From contig JBAZWC010000001.1 in NCBI GenBank assembly GCA_041660565.1, positions 6,155 through 70,154 on the forward strand: 64,000 bases of DNA. The letters are read 5' to 3'. The stretch comes from Patescibacteria group bacterium (lineage in GTDB: Bacteria; Patescibacteriota; UBA1384; CAJBMM01). Shown in pieces: positions 11,817 to 21,643 of the stretch. Within the stretch, counting starts at the first letter, position 1, and each line of letters starts with the position of its first letter. The notes beneath the pieces were generated by a model, which saw only the letters and a list, made by a program, of their open reading frames with translations, was not told where the DNA came from and made no database searches. The position numbers and the translations under genes were made by a program.

Positions 11817-12197
11817 GTGGTAGAAAATGGTGCACCTAGTCCGGATGGTCAACGTCGGCAGCCAACGAATGAGGAATATGGTCGAATGTACGCGGAGGAT
11901 GATGCTTATGAGAAAAAAATTCGCGAGCTTACCGAAATGTCAGTGAGTTTTCTAAATGAGCTTGATCAAAGGTATGAAGCCGAAGGTAATTTAACTGGAC
12001 TGATAGCAACCAAATATTGTGAAGAAGTGGCAGATTGGCTTGGGCAAAACCCTGAATGCTGTGAGCCGTTTTTAGAGGTGTATTTTGAGCGTAATAGACA
12101 TAAATATGACGAGAGTACCTTGGCATCGCAGTTGGTAAATGAGCACGGTGTGTTGCTAGCGGCGGTGGCTAGAAAAGCAAAACCAGTAACCAACTAG
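11817..12197 (+). CDS. hypothetical protein
   Basis: GTG start 5 nt after SD aaaggag; 126 aa; sits between the 16S and 23S. Confidence 0.45.
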   Translation: MVENGAPSPDGQRRQPTNEEYGRMYAEDDAYEKKIRELTEMSVSFLNELDQRYEAEGNLTGLIATKYCEEVADWLGQNPECCEPFLEVYFERNRHKYDESTLASQLVNEHGVLLAAVARKAKPVTN

Positions 12198-12246
12198 TTA
12201 ATCCAAAAATCCCCAAATCAAGGGGATTTTTGTGTAATTGATAATC

Positions 12247-12334
12247 TGGTGGGCGTACATGGATTTGAACCATGGACCTCGTCATTATATTTCGTGCTTC
12301 GCGCGAAATTATTTACAACTGAGAAATCGCCTAT
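12247..12334 (-). pseudogene. tRNA-Ile 3'-half remnant
   Basis: Repeats the T-arm and acceptor 3' half of the adjacent tRNA-Ile (gacgaggtccatggttcaaatccatgtacgcccacc) but has no 5' half. Confidence 0.5.
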
Positions 12335-12335
12335 C

Positions 12336-12412
12336 TGGTGGGCGTACATGGATTTGAACCATGGACCTCGTCATTATCAGTGACGCGCTCTAACCAACTG
12401 AGCTATACGCCC
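12336..12412 (-). tRNA. tRNA-Ile (anticodon GAT)
   Basis: The reverse complement GGGCGTATAGCTCAGTTGGTTAGAGCGCGTCACTGATAATGACGAGGTCCATGGTTCAAATCCATGTACGCCCACCA folds as a cloverleaf with GAU in the loop. Confidence 0.9.
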
Positions 12413-12415
12413 TTT

Positions 12416-12508
12416 ATGCCCACCAGATAACAGATTTTCAGTTGTAAATATCATTGTACGCGCTCTAACCAACTGCCTGCCCTTCCGTAGCCTTGGCGAA
12501 GGAGGGAG
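12416..12508 (-). pseudogene. degenerate tRNA-Ile 5'-half remnant with a short-repeat insertion
   Basis: gggcgtatagct / cagttggttagagcgcgt are split by the inserted short repeat ccctccttcgccaaggctacggaagggcagg. Confidence 0.45.
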
Positions 12509-12617
12509 CTATACGCCCGTGTTTGATGTTAATATCATAACAAATTCTGACGCTTTCAGCAAGACCGTGCAATATGATATGTTAAACGCGTAATAAGATA
12601 ATAAATATGGAGAGAAT

Positions 12618-12944
12618 ATGGATCATGCAAATGTAACCACTGCTTTGGAACTACCGGACAAGAAAATTGTCAAAAATTTGGGATTAGTACGCGGGGTAAC
12701 TGTTCGTTCTCGTTCAATGTTTGGCACCATTGGTGCTTCATTCCAAACTTTATTTGGTGGAAACATCTCTTTATTCACCGAGTTGTGTGAGAAAACGCGA
12801 CAAGAGGCGTATGATATTATGATCAAACACGCCGAAACTATGGGCGCAAACGCCATCATTGCAGTTAGATACGATGCCAACGAAGTGATGCAAGGCGCCA
12901 CCGAAGTATTGTGCTACGGCACCGCTGTTGTGGTGAAAGAATAA
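12618..12944 (+). CDS. YbjQ/UPF0145 family protein
   Basis: Typical UPF0145 length and motif pattern (GANAIIAVRYD...). Confidence 0.7.
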   Translation: MDHANVTTALELPDKKIVKNLGLVRGVTVRSRSMFGTIGASFQTLFGGNISLFTELCEKTRQEAYDIMIKHAETMGANAIIAVRYDANEVMQGATEVLCYGTAVVVKE

Positions 12945-12947
12945 TCT

Positions 12948-13289
12948 ATGAACACGTACCAAATGAGGCTGGCGAAGAGTCAGTTTGATATGATACGAAA
13001 CGGACAAAAGATTATCGAGTCTAGAATATGCGACGAAAAGAGACAGCGTCTTAATATCGGGGATGACGTGCTGTTTATATCCAGAAACGATCCTAAGCAA
13101 ACAGTCCTGACAAAAATCAAAGCACTTTTTCGCTACGCTACTTTTGATGATTTATTTACGGATTTCCCCCCTGAGTTGTTCGGAAATCATTCAAAATCCG
13201 CGCTGATTCAAGATGTCAGAGAGTTCTACTCTGTTGATGAAGAAAAGAAGTATGGCGTTGTTGGAATTAAAATTGAGTTAGTAAAATAA
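12948..13289 (+). CDS. ASCH domain protein
   Basis: A small ASCH-like beta-barrel pattern (RLNIGDDVLF). Confidence 0.55.
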   Translation: MNTYQMRLAKSQFDMIRNGQKIIESRICDEKRQRLNIGDDVLFISRNDPKQTVLTKIKALFRYATFDDLFTDFPPELFGNHSKSALIQDVREFYSVDEEKKYGVVGIKIELVK

Positions 13290-13290
13290 A

Positions 13291-13752
13291 ATGCTATCAA
13301 CCCCACATATATTAACCGGATCGGCTATTGGCAAAATAGCGGCGCCTTTAGGCTTGCCGGCAGTTTTTGCGCTCGGATTCATTAGTCATTTTGTATTAGA
13401 TTTAATTCCGCACACCGATGCAGCGCTACTAGAAAGTTCAACCGAAGATCATACCTCGACCCACGACCTATTAGTGGTGATTGCCGAGGTCGTGGTTGGC
13501 ACAGGGCTGTTTTTGTATTTTTGGTATATCAGCCACTGGAATCTGAGTTTATTAGTTGGCGCATTTGGGGCAACACTACCGGATTTATTTGACAACGCGC
13601 CGTGGTGGAAAAAATGGTTTCGCACTTCCAAACTTGGCTCAATTTTTCACTATCTGCATGAGCTGGTTGATGGCGGGCTAGAGAAAAATAAATTACTTGG
13701 CATCGCTACGCAATTTTTGGTTATTGCCGTGGCCATTATTGTTTTGACCTAA
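13291..13752 (+). CDS. hypothetical membrane protein
   Basis: Several hydrophobic helices; no known domain. Confidence 0.5.
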   Translation: MLSTPHILTGSAIGKIAAPLGLPAVFALGFISHFVLDLIPHTDAALLESSTEDHTSTHDLLVVIAEVVVGTGLFLYFWYISHWNLSLLVGAFGATLPDLFDNAPWWKKWFRTSKLGSIFHYLHELVDGGLEKNKLLGIATQFLVIAVAIIVLT

Positions 13753-13771
13753 ATCGTGCTAAATTAGAACT

Positions 13772-13996
13772 ATGTGGATGATTATCTTACGTCGATTATT
13801 TGTTGGCCCAATTGCTATTCTGCTTGGGTATTTGTTGATCAAATATACCGACCGACTTTTGATGTCTGTTGGTAATCCAGAATGGATGGATAATTTTCCC
13901 GGCGGGGCACAGGCTGTTTGGAAAATCGCCGGTATTATACTAATAATGCTCGGAATCGTCGTCTTGTTAGGCGGATTCTCGAGCATGGGTTTGTGA
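13772..13996 (+). CDS. small hypothetical membrane protein
   Basis: 74 aa with two hydrophobic segments. Confidence 0.4.
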   Translation: MWMIILRRLFVGPIAILLGYLLIKYTDRLLMSVGNPEWMDNFPGGAQAVWKIAGIILIMLGIVVLLGGFSSMGL

Positions 13997-13997
13997 T

Positions 13998-14072
13998 TGG
14001 TGGACCTGAGAGGATTTGGACCTCCGACCTCTTCCTTGCAAAGGAATTGCTCTACCACTGAGCTACAGGCCC
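13998..14072 (-). tRNA. tRNA-Ala (anticodon TGC)
   Basis: The reverse complement GGGCCTGTAGCTCAGTGGTAGAGCAATTCCTTTGCAAGGAAGAGGTCGGAGGTCCAAATCCTCTCAGGTCCACCA has a G3:U70 pair and UGC in the loop. Confidence 0.85.
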
Positions 14073-14139
14073 TTAACTTTTCGACTGTCTGTCAAAACTT
14101 ATTTTAACATAAAATTTAACTAATTACTACGTCAATCGC

Positions 14140-14454
14140 TTAGAATTTATTCCATTTTGGGTTTTGGAGATAGAATAGGTCTTCTTTGACAATGAATTTG
14201 ACTCCTTCCTTCTCGAGGAGGATTTTTTGTTGCGTGGGAGTGACGCTTGGGTTAACAATCGAAATATATCCTTTAGCATTAATCACCCGCCACCAAGGGA
14301 TTTCAACTTCTGCGGGTAATCGTCTGAGTGCCCAGCCGACAACGCGAGCGCCGTTTTGTAGTCCCGCTGCTTTTGCTACATCACCGTAACTAGCCACAAT
14401 ACCGGAGGGTATTTTGGCGACGATTGAATATATTTTGGTATAAAGTTCAGACAT
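14140..14454 (-). CDS. alkyltransferase-like protein (MGMT DNA-binding domain, catalytic Cys replaced)
   Basis: YGDVA...ARVVGWAL...PWWRV in place of the PCHRV active site. The true start is ATG at 14452-14454. The upstream extension to 14712 in the six-frame ORF track is spurious because it runs over repeat and high-GC DNA. Confidence 0.7.
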   Translation of the reverse strand: MSELYTKIYSIVAKIPSGIVASYGDVAKAAGLQNGARVVGWALRRLPAEVEIPWWRVINAKGYISIVNPSVTPTQQKILLEKEGVKFIVKEDLFYLQNPKWNKF

Positions 14455-14460
14455 TATAAT

Positions 14461-14560
14461 CCTTGTAGGGGTGGGTCTCGACCCGCCCACGGGCGGACAT
14501 CCTCCTTCGCCAAGGCTACGGAACGACAAGTATGAGTCCGCCCCTACATTGCTCGGAGAA
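14461..14560. repeat. nested short palindromic repeats
   Basis: GTAGGGG...GGGCGGAC[cctccttcgccaaggctacgg...]GAGTCCGCCCCTAC. The same outer palindrome, without the insert, occurs at 58600-58640. Confidence 0.5.
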
Positions 14561-14612
14561 TATGATAGTGAAAAAGGAAGGCCCGCCTGCGAACGTCGCA
14601 GGCGGGGTCGAG

Positions 14613-14840
14613 CTACTGTGGGATCTCCTCTAGGGGAGAGGGGGTTCCTGCATGGAAGCAATCGGGCTGGTCGGCGTGATAGTGTCCGGTGAAACCAAGC
14701 GCGGAGCCCCATGCGAACTGAACGATTGGGGAGAAGTATCTGCCCCTTGGTTGTCTCGGGCTGTCATCTACCCGATCTAGTTGTGGAGGGGGCGATCCCT
14801 CCGGAATTGTGAGGACTAACTCCTGCCCATCAGGCATCAT
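14613..14840 (-). CDS. hypothetical small protein (high-GC cassette C), doubtful
   Basis: 75-aa ORF with SD ggagg upstream. High GC makes a spurious ORF quite possible. Confidence 0.25.
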   Translation of the reverse strand: MMPDGQELVLTIPEGSPPPQLDRVDDSPRQPRGRYFSPIVQFAWGSALGFTGHYHADQPDCFHAGTPSPLEEIPQ

Positions 14841-14964
14841 AAGTTCCTCCGAAAATGGCTTAGCATCTTGGCCTTAATTTAATCATATTCTTATGTGTCC
14901 AGGCGGCGCAACTTGTACAAATCCAGCGGCCTGTGTCATAATTAAGAGTGAGAAATGAGGGGAA

Positions 14965-15717
14965 ATGCCACAAGCACAAAATTTACATCGTCGTACAACA
15001 CATCCAAAAGCAGACGATAATGTTTCGCCAAAAGTCAATCGGAAAAATAGCAAAAAAGCCGAAGCTGAAAAAGTGGATTTACATGTTTTGCCTGTGGAAA
15101 AACATGAATCTTTTCACGAGTTTTATCCGTTAAACGTAACCAAAGTTGAGACTGAAAAAACCGGTGGGTACATTGGTTTGATTATTGGGTTGGTAATTCT
15201 GGCGCTGGTGGGTGGGCTGACGTTTTGGTACGTAAAAGAGCAGAACAATGCCACCAGTTCATCATCAACGCCAGCAAGCTCGGATCAAACCGGCGCCTCG
15301 ACGAAATATCAAAACTCTACGTATGGATTTAATCTAACCCTTCCTAGTACATGGAAAACGGTTAAATACTCGGACGGCACGGTTTGCACTGCTACAAATT
15401 GTCCGGTGGCAGATATAATTTTTGTGATGCCTGTTGGGGGCGCATCGGACAGCATTGCGCTGTTAGCTCTTGACGTGTATTCAATCGCAAATTACACTGC
15501 CTTGGTTAGTGCCGCAACAATAAGTGGTGGGGTCGCGCCTGTGTTGGTAGGGCAGACTGACCAGTACGCGGTGGTAGTAAATTCGCAAGCAACTCGTGAA
15601 TCTGGTACGACCGAGTTGGTTGGGATGGCGATTGATGCAATTCCAACGGTATTAAACTCATTTATAGCCACAACGCCGGTTGTAACCCCAACTCCGACCG
15701 CGACAGCCACACCTTAA
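14965..15717 (+). CDS. hypothetical membrane-anchored secreted protein
   Basis: One TM segment after about 65 aa, a Thr/Ser-rich region, and a TPTPTATATP tail. Confidence 0.5.
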   Translation: MPQAQNLHRRTTHPKADDNVSPKVNRKNSKKAEAEKVDLHVLPVEKHESFHEFYPLNVTKVETEKTGGYIGLIIGLVILALVGGLTFWYVKEQNNATSSSSTPASSDQTGASTKYQNSTYGFNLTLPSTWKTVKYSDGTVCTATNCPVADIIFVMPVGGASDSIALLALDVYSIANYTALVSAATISGGVAPVLVGQTDQYAVVVNSQATRESGTTELVGMAIDAIPTVLNSFIATTPVVTPTPTATATP

Positions 15718-15803
15718 TCATGAAATAAAATAGATTTGACAAGCCCGCCTCTACACTGGTCGTGGCGTTTATTCTCCATTTGTGCTAAAATAATGTTAGA
15801 AAT

Positions 15804-15879
15804 GGGCCTGTAGCTCATCTGGTAGAGCGCAGCATTCGCATTGCTGAGGTAAGGAGTTCGAGTCTCCTCAGGTCCACCA
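15804..15879 (+). tRNA. tRNA-Ala (anticodon CGC)
   Basis: GGGCCTGTAGCTCATCTGGTAGAGCGCAGCATTCGCATTGCTGAGG...TTCGAGTCTCCTCAGGTCCACCA with G3:U70, encoded CCA, and loop TTCGCAT. Confidence 0.85.
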
Positions 15880-15902
15880 AATCAGAGGATGGGAGATGGA
15901 AT

Positions 15903-16232
15903 ATGGATGATGGAAACAGTGATTTTTATTGCGATTTTGTTTTAAATGACAAGATTAAGGTCAATATTATCAAAGAGACAGACATGGTACTGGCCTTCTT
16001 TCACACTAAACCATCTTGGGCTTTTCATGTAGTGATTGTGCCAAAAACTCATATATCAAATATTACTGAGCTAAAAGATCTGGCGATAATTGAAGAAATT
16101 TTTAAAATCGCACAAGAAATTATTAATAACAATAATCTCAAGGCTATAAATTATCGCATAATCACCAATGGTGGTGGTTTTCAGGACTCAAAACATTTGC
16201 ATTTTCATTTAGTGTCTGGGGATAAGTTGTGA
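15903..16232 (+). CDS. HIT family hydrolase
   Basis: Histidine triad HLHFHLV near the C-terminus. Confidence 0.75.
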   Translation: MDDGNSDFYCDFVLNDKIKVNIIKETDMVLAFFHTKPSWAFHVVIVPKTHISNITELKDLAIIEEIFKIAQEIINNNNLKAINYRIITNGGGFQDSKHLHFHLVSGDKL

Positions 16233-16302
16233 AAAAGCTATTGCATTGTTTTTTAAACCATATAGAATTAATATATAAGTAATAAATATTTAGGAGGGGT
16301 TT

Positions 16303-16554
16303 ATGGATGGAAAAGAACCATCTAGCCATTTGGGGCATGTGGCGTTCGTGATATTAGCGTTTGTTTTGGGCGGAATAGTCGGATATATGGTTGGCGCAGC
16401 ATACAATAGTATGTATACCAACGAAGATTCGTCATTCTTGTCATCTTGGGTTAAAAAGACCAATTCAACCGCATCACCAAGTGCGACAACATCTGCGTCG
16501 CCAAGTGCTACGGCAACCACAACTGCGTCACCTTCGGCTACTGCTACTCCGTAG
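16303..16554 (+). CDS. small membrane protein with an Ala/Ser/Thr-rich low-complexity tail
   Basis: One TM helix followed by ASPSATTSASPSATATTTASPSATATP. Confidence 0.4.
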   Translation: MDGKEPSSHLGHVAFVILAFVLGGIVGYMVGAAYNSMYTNEDSSFLSSWVKKTNSTASPSATTSASPSATATTTASPSATATP

Positions 16555-16565
16555 TTGTAAAATCG

Positions 16566-16595
16566 TTGACATTTCATATCAGTTTGTGATAAGAT
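16566..16595 (+). promoter_or_regulatory. candidate promoter in front of the long 23S leader
   Basis: TTGACA, an 18-nt spacer, then TAAGAT. About 700 nt of non-coding AT-rich leader lies before the 23S. Confidence 0.35.
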
Positions 16596-17808
16596 GATTT
16601 AAAGTTGTTTGATGTACAAATAACCGTGAGGTTAAAACGTTTTACTTAAACAATCAGTTTAATTTCGGGATGGAATTAAAGATGTGAGCAATATTGTTTT
16701 GCTTGTGTTTTTGAACGCTTCCCGATGGGAAGTTTTTTGTTTCACTAGCCAGTGATGAGTCTCGGTCTTGAAACCGGGTCCACAAATTGCACGGGGACTG
16801 ATGTCCTGGCGAGTAAGTTCTTTTACAACTGAAAGGTGCATTAACGTGTTAAGTAATTTCACGGTTAATGCATTAAATTATGTATAACTTCCTTATTGAT
16901 TATACATAATATGATTCTTCCGATAATACTTAAGCCGCAAGGCTGTAGCAATTCGAAACCCCGCGAGGTTTTGTTTGCGCGAGCAAATGAAAATGAGCAA
17001 CGAGGTGAGAGCCGAGTTGATCCAAAACCGACACGAGGTTTCCATAAAAAATAAAATTGTTAGGATGAAACTTACCAAAGCCTGGTAAGGATCAGTCATA
17101 ACGTGTCAAGTAACCAATAATGAAAACAGATGACTAGAAGCACTTGTGTTTCAAATCTGATGTTTAGTTAAAGGTTTTGTTAGATCCGTTAATTAGAAGC
17201 AGAGACTCGAGACTGTAGAGGATTTTTCCTCTTAGGTTTCTTGTTTCTGGTCTCTAGTTAGCAGTCATGTAAAAAGTGACGAAAGCGCATGTGGAGGATG
17301 CCTTGACTGAAGATGCTGATGAAGGACGCACGAGGCGGCGATATGCTCCGGGAAGGTGCCAACGAACCAATGATCCGGAGATTTCCGAATGGGGTAACCC
17401 ATCCCGTTTTACGGGATACTCTCCTTTGAATATATAGAAGGAGTAGGAGGCAGCTCGGGAACTGAAACATCTTAGTACCGAGACGAAAAAAAAGTAATTA
17501 ACGATTCCGTGAGTAGTGGCGAGCGAAAGCGGATCAGCCTAAACCATCCGGAGGACTTAGAGCAGAATTATTTCTGTTTTATGTCTTCTGGATGGGGTTG
17601 CAGGGTGCGAACAGACCGTAAGGTCGAGTAGTTTGAAAAAATCAATTTATAGCAGAAGGTGCCTGGAAAGGCCCACCATAGAGGGTGATAGTCCCGTTAT
17701 GCGAAATATTTTGGTCTACTTGGTTTGCAAACCTAAGTACCACAGGGCACGAGAAACCCGGTGGGAATCTGGGACGGTCACGTCCTAAGGCTAAATACAT
17801 CTTCAGAT

Positions 17809-17848
<40 letters not shown>

Positions 17849-19207
17849 GCCGCATAGGCGAGTGAAATAGTACCTGAAACCACAATGCGTACAAGATGTC
17901 GGAGGGCTATGCCCCGTAAGGGGAATGCCTGACGGCGTGCCTTTTGTAGAATGAGCCAACGAGTTAGCTGTGTATGGCGAGGTTAAACTTTAAATTAGTG
18001 AAGCCGTAGTGAAAGCGAGGCCTAAATGGCCGACTAGTCGTACACACTAGACCCGAAACCAGGTGATCTATCCATGGTCAGGGTGAAGCCCCAGTAAAAA
18101 GGGGTGGAGGCCCGCACTCGGCAACGTTGTAAAGTTGCGGGATGAACTGTGGATAGCGCAAATATTGCAATCGAACCTGGAAATAGCTGGTTCTCCTCGA
18201 AATATATATAGGTATAGCCTACATTTAAAATACACAGAGGTAGAGCACTGGTAGGGCTACTCCGCCGTGAGGTGGGGAAACCCTGATAAACTCCGAATTC
18301 TGATGTATGTTCATGTAGAGTCAGACGGTGGGGGCTAAGCTTCATCGTCGAGAGGGAAACAACCCAGACCATTAGCTAAGGTCCCAAATTAATCGCTAAG
18401 TGGGGAAGGCAGTGATCGTCCCAAAACAACCAGGAAGTTGGCTCAGAAGCAGCCATCTTTTAAAGAGTGCGTAATAGCTCACTGGTCTAGTTAAGGATGG
18501 TTGCACCGAAAATGTAACGGGGCTCAAGCGATTAACCGAAGCTATGGACTTCAACGCAAGTTGGAGTGGTAGAGGAGCGTTCGTAACTGCTGTGAAGCCA
18601 TACCGTAAGGAGTGGTGGAGTGTTACGAAGTGAGAATGTTGGCATGAGTAACGAATTAGGCAGGCGAGAAACCTGCCCACCGCAAGAGCAAGGTTTCCTG
18701 GGCCACGATAATCGTCCCAGGGTTAGGCGGTCCTAAGTCGAGGCGCAAAGGCGTAGACGATGGACAGCTGGTTGATATTCCAGCCCTTGTTAAATTTTGA
18801 TTGGCGTGACGCCTCATAGGGGCTTAAATGATCGCATGGTTGAAAGTTTAAGTGAGTACGAGGACAAGAAAAGCGTCCAATCGCTAAGGTTTAACAATCC
18901 GTACCGCAAACCGACGCAGGTGCTCGAGTCGAGTAGACTCAGGTGATCGGAAGAACCCTCGTTAAGGAACTCGGCAAAATAGCGTCCGTAAGTTCGCAAT
19001 AAGGACTGTCCCGCGAAACTCGCAAGAGTGTAGAGGGATTACAACAAAAGAGATCAAGCGACTGTTTAGCAAAAACTTAGCTCCCTGCCAAAGCGAAAGC
19101 TGATGTATAGGGGGTGATGCCTGCCCAATGCCCGAAGGTCAAGAGGAGATTTAAGATTATATCAGGAATCGAATTTAAGCCCGGGTGAATGGCGGCCGTA
19201 ACTATAA

Positions 19208-19913
19208 ACCAAATTGTAGTTATAAAATTCGGCCAAATGCTGGAAAATCTGTCCTGAAAAAGGACTAGTATCCCGAACTAAAACCGTATAATATTAAATT
19301 ATGTACGATTTTGAAAATGTTACGGGTGCAGACAATCAGCAGGAAAGACTTGTCGTGAGTATTTCATCCGAAATTGGCTCGTTTCTCTCCGGTTTTGCCA
19401 TGGGAGAAGCCAGTTTCATGATCGTTTGTCGTTCAAGAAATGACTATAAAAGAAAATGGAAAGTGTCTGCAGCGTTTAATGTTTCTCAACACGATCGAGA
19501 GCCTCTCGATTTGTTTCATGAAACATTGGGTTGCGGAACGATTAGAAAAGCAGGAAATGATGGTTGGTATTTCGAAGTGAATAAATTATCAGATATCTGT
19601 AAAATAATTATTCCATTTTTTCTTAGGTTTCCTTTAGTGGGAATTAAGCAGAAAGATTTTGAATTATTCAAAGCTGCTGCTCAAATCCTGTCAAAGAGTG
19701 AAATTGACGATCAAGATTTTTCTAAAGTACTTTCACTGCGTGAGCAGATGAATAACGGAGGAAAAAGAAAATACTCAAAAACAAGAATCCTCAGAGACTA
19801 TACGCCGAACTCCCGCTTAGCGGGATGATGATATAGTCCGATCTTCATGGCGACATGAAGTATCAATCAGAAATGATTGGTCTTTCAAGAAATTGAATGT
19901 AACATAAATGAAC
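19208..19913 (+). mobile_element. group I intron 1 in the 23S (inserted after ...CGTAACTATAA, E. coli position about 1917)
   Basis: The exon sequence is interrupted exactly between ACTATAA and CGGTCC. It contains an ORF. Confidence 0.7.
19301..19828 (+). CDS. LAGLIDADG homing endonuclease (encoded in intron 1)
   Basis: LAGLIDADG-type motif LSGFAMGEASF; about 175 aa, typical for single-motif homing endonucleases. Confidence 0.75.
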   Translation: MYDFENVTGADNQQERLVVSISSEIGSFLSGFAMGEASFMIVCRSRNDYKRKWKVSAAFNVSQHDREPLDLFHETLGCGTIRKAGNDGWYFEVNKLSDICKIIIPFFLRFPLVGIKQKDFELFKAAAQILSKSEIDDQDFSKVLSLREQMNNGGKRKYSKTRILRDYTPNSRLAG

Positions 19914-19944
19914 GGTCCTATGGTAGCGAAATTCCTTGTCGGGT

Positions 19945-20630
19945 GAGAGGAAACAAGCCCGACGCAAAAAAGTTGGCTTATAACGGTGAAGCCCTATTGT
20001 AATTATGGTATATGTTCGGTTAGAATGAATGTATAAATGCAAGGGTAATACCGTGGGAAGTCTTAGTGACCCCGTAACGACTGAGAGCGTAAGCTCGAGA
20101 ATCCACGCAAGTGGGTTAACACGCCAGCCTTTAAAGGATGAAGAAATTAAATTTGCTTCATATCTCTCTGGGTATGTTGATGGAGAAGGATGTTTTTCCG
20201 TATCCCTCAACCCTAGAAAGAAAATGAATAATACTTGGGAAGTCAGACCGAGTTTTTCGGTCAGTCAGAATGCTGAACGTTCAGCCTTTTTATTCAAAAT
20301 GAAAGAATATTTTTCGTGTGGTACTATCCGGCCTGATCGGTCTGATAATACCTTGAAATATGAAATTCGATCATTAGATAAATTAATTGAACGAATAATC
20401 CCGCATTTTGAAAATTTTCCATTACGTTCCGAGAAGCAAAAATCATTTCTAATATTCACGCATATTTGTCAGATGTTGAAATCAAAAAAGCACTTAACTT
20501 CAGACGGAATTTCTGAAATTATTGCTTTAGCCCCGACAATCAACAATGGCAAGCGAAGATATTATCCATTAAAGAAGATATAGTCTGCGCCACTAGTAAT
20601 AGTGGATTGAACAAACGTTCAAAGAACGCG
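19945..20630 (+). mobile_element. group I intron 2 in the 23S (inserted after CCTTGTCGGGT, E. coli position about 1931)
   Basis: The exon resumes with AAGTTCCGACCCGCACGAATGG at 20631. Confidence 0.7.
20029..20583 (+). CDS. LAGLIDADG homing endonuclease (encoded in intron 2); start uncertain
   Basis: Motif YLSGYVDGEGCF. Confidence 0.75.
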   Translation: MYKCKGNTVGSLSDPVTTESVSSRIHASGLTRQPLKDEEIKFASYLSGYVDGEGCFSVSLNPRKKMNNTWEVRPSFSVSQNAERSAFLFKMKEYFSCGTIRPDRSDNTLKYEIRSLDKLIERIIPHFENFPLRSEKQKSFLIFTHICQMLKSKKHLTSDGISEIIALAPTINNGKRRYYPLKKI

Positions 20631-21103
20631 AAGTTCCGACCCGCACGAATGGCATAACGGTCTTGATCACTGTCTCAACGAGGGATCCGGTGAAATTACA
20701 ATCTCGGTAAAGATGCCGAGTACCCGCATCAAGACGGAAAGACCCCGTGGAGCTTTACTACATCCTGGCATTGATATACGGATATCTTCACGTAGCATAA
20801 GTGGGAGCCTTTGATAACATTCTCGCGGGAGTGTTTGAGGCGACAGTGAAATACCACCTCTAGCTATTTGTGTATCTAACCCCTCACCCTGAATCGGGTG
20901 GGAGAGACAGTGTTTGGTGGGTAGTTTAACTGGGGCGGTTTCCTCCCAAATGGTAACGGAGGAGTACAAAGGTCGGCTAGCTCCGGATGGAAATCGGAGT
21001 GATAGCGCAAAAGCATATGCCGGCTTAACTGTGAGACCTACAAGTCGAACAGATGGGAAACCAGGTTTTAGTGAACTGCTGCACTTGAGTGATTTAGGCA
21101 GCA

Positions 21104-21143
<40 letters not shown>

Positions 21144-21168
21144 GCATCCAAGAGATCACTTCGACGAT

Positions 21169-21206
<38 letters not shown>

Positions 21207-21242
21207 AGGTGAAGTCGCTTCCAAGGGTTTGGCTGTTCGCCA

Positions 21243-21294
<52 letters not shown>

Positions 21295-21643
21295 AATCTG
21301 ATGTGGGCGTGGAATTTTGAGTGGGGTTGCGCGTAGTACGAGAGGACCCGCGCGAACGAACCTCTGGTGTGCCAGTTGTTCTACCAAGGGCAGTGCTGGG
21401 TAGCTATGTTCGGTTATGGATAACCGCTGAAAGCATATAAGCGGGAAGCCGGCCACAAGATAAGAATTCATAGATCCCCTGTAGACCACAGGGTTGATAG
21501 ACGCTAGGTCGAAGCTCTGTAAGGAGTTAAGCCAAGGCGCACTAACGGATCATTTCATTTTTTATAACAACCCTCCTTCGCATAAAGCTACGGAGGGCAA
21601 GCGCTTGACACGTTATGACTGGTCTTTTAAAAAAAGTCCATTG

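Noticed and set aside
14455-14712. The N-terminal 85-aa extension of the 14140-14712 ORF, and likewise the 5' extension of 48354-49310 beyond 49109
   Set aside because: The extensions lie entirely in repeat and high-GC DNA upstream of a good SD/ATG and contribute no domain. The true starts are at 14454 and 49109.
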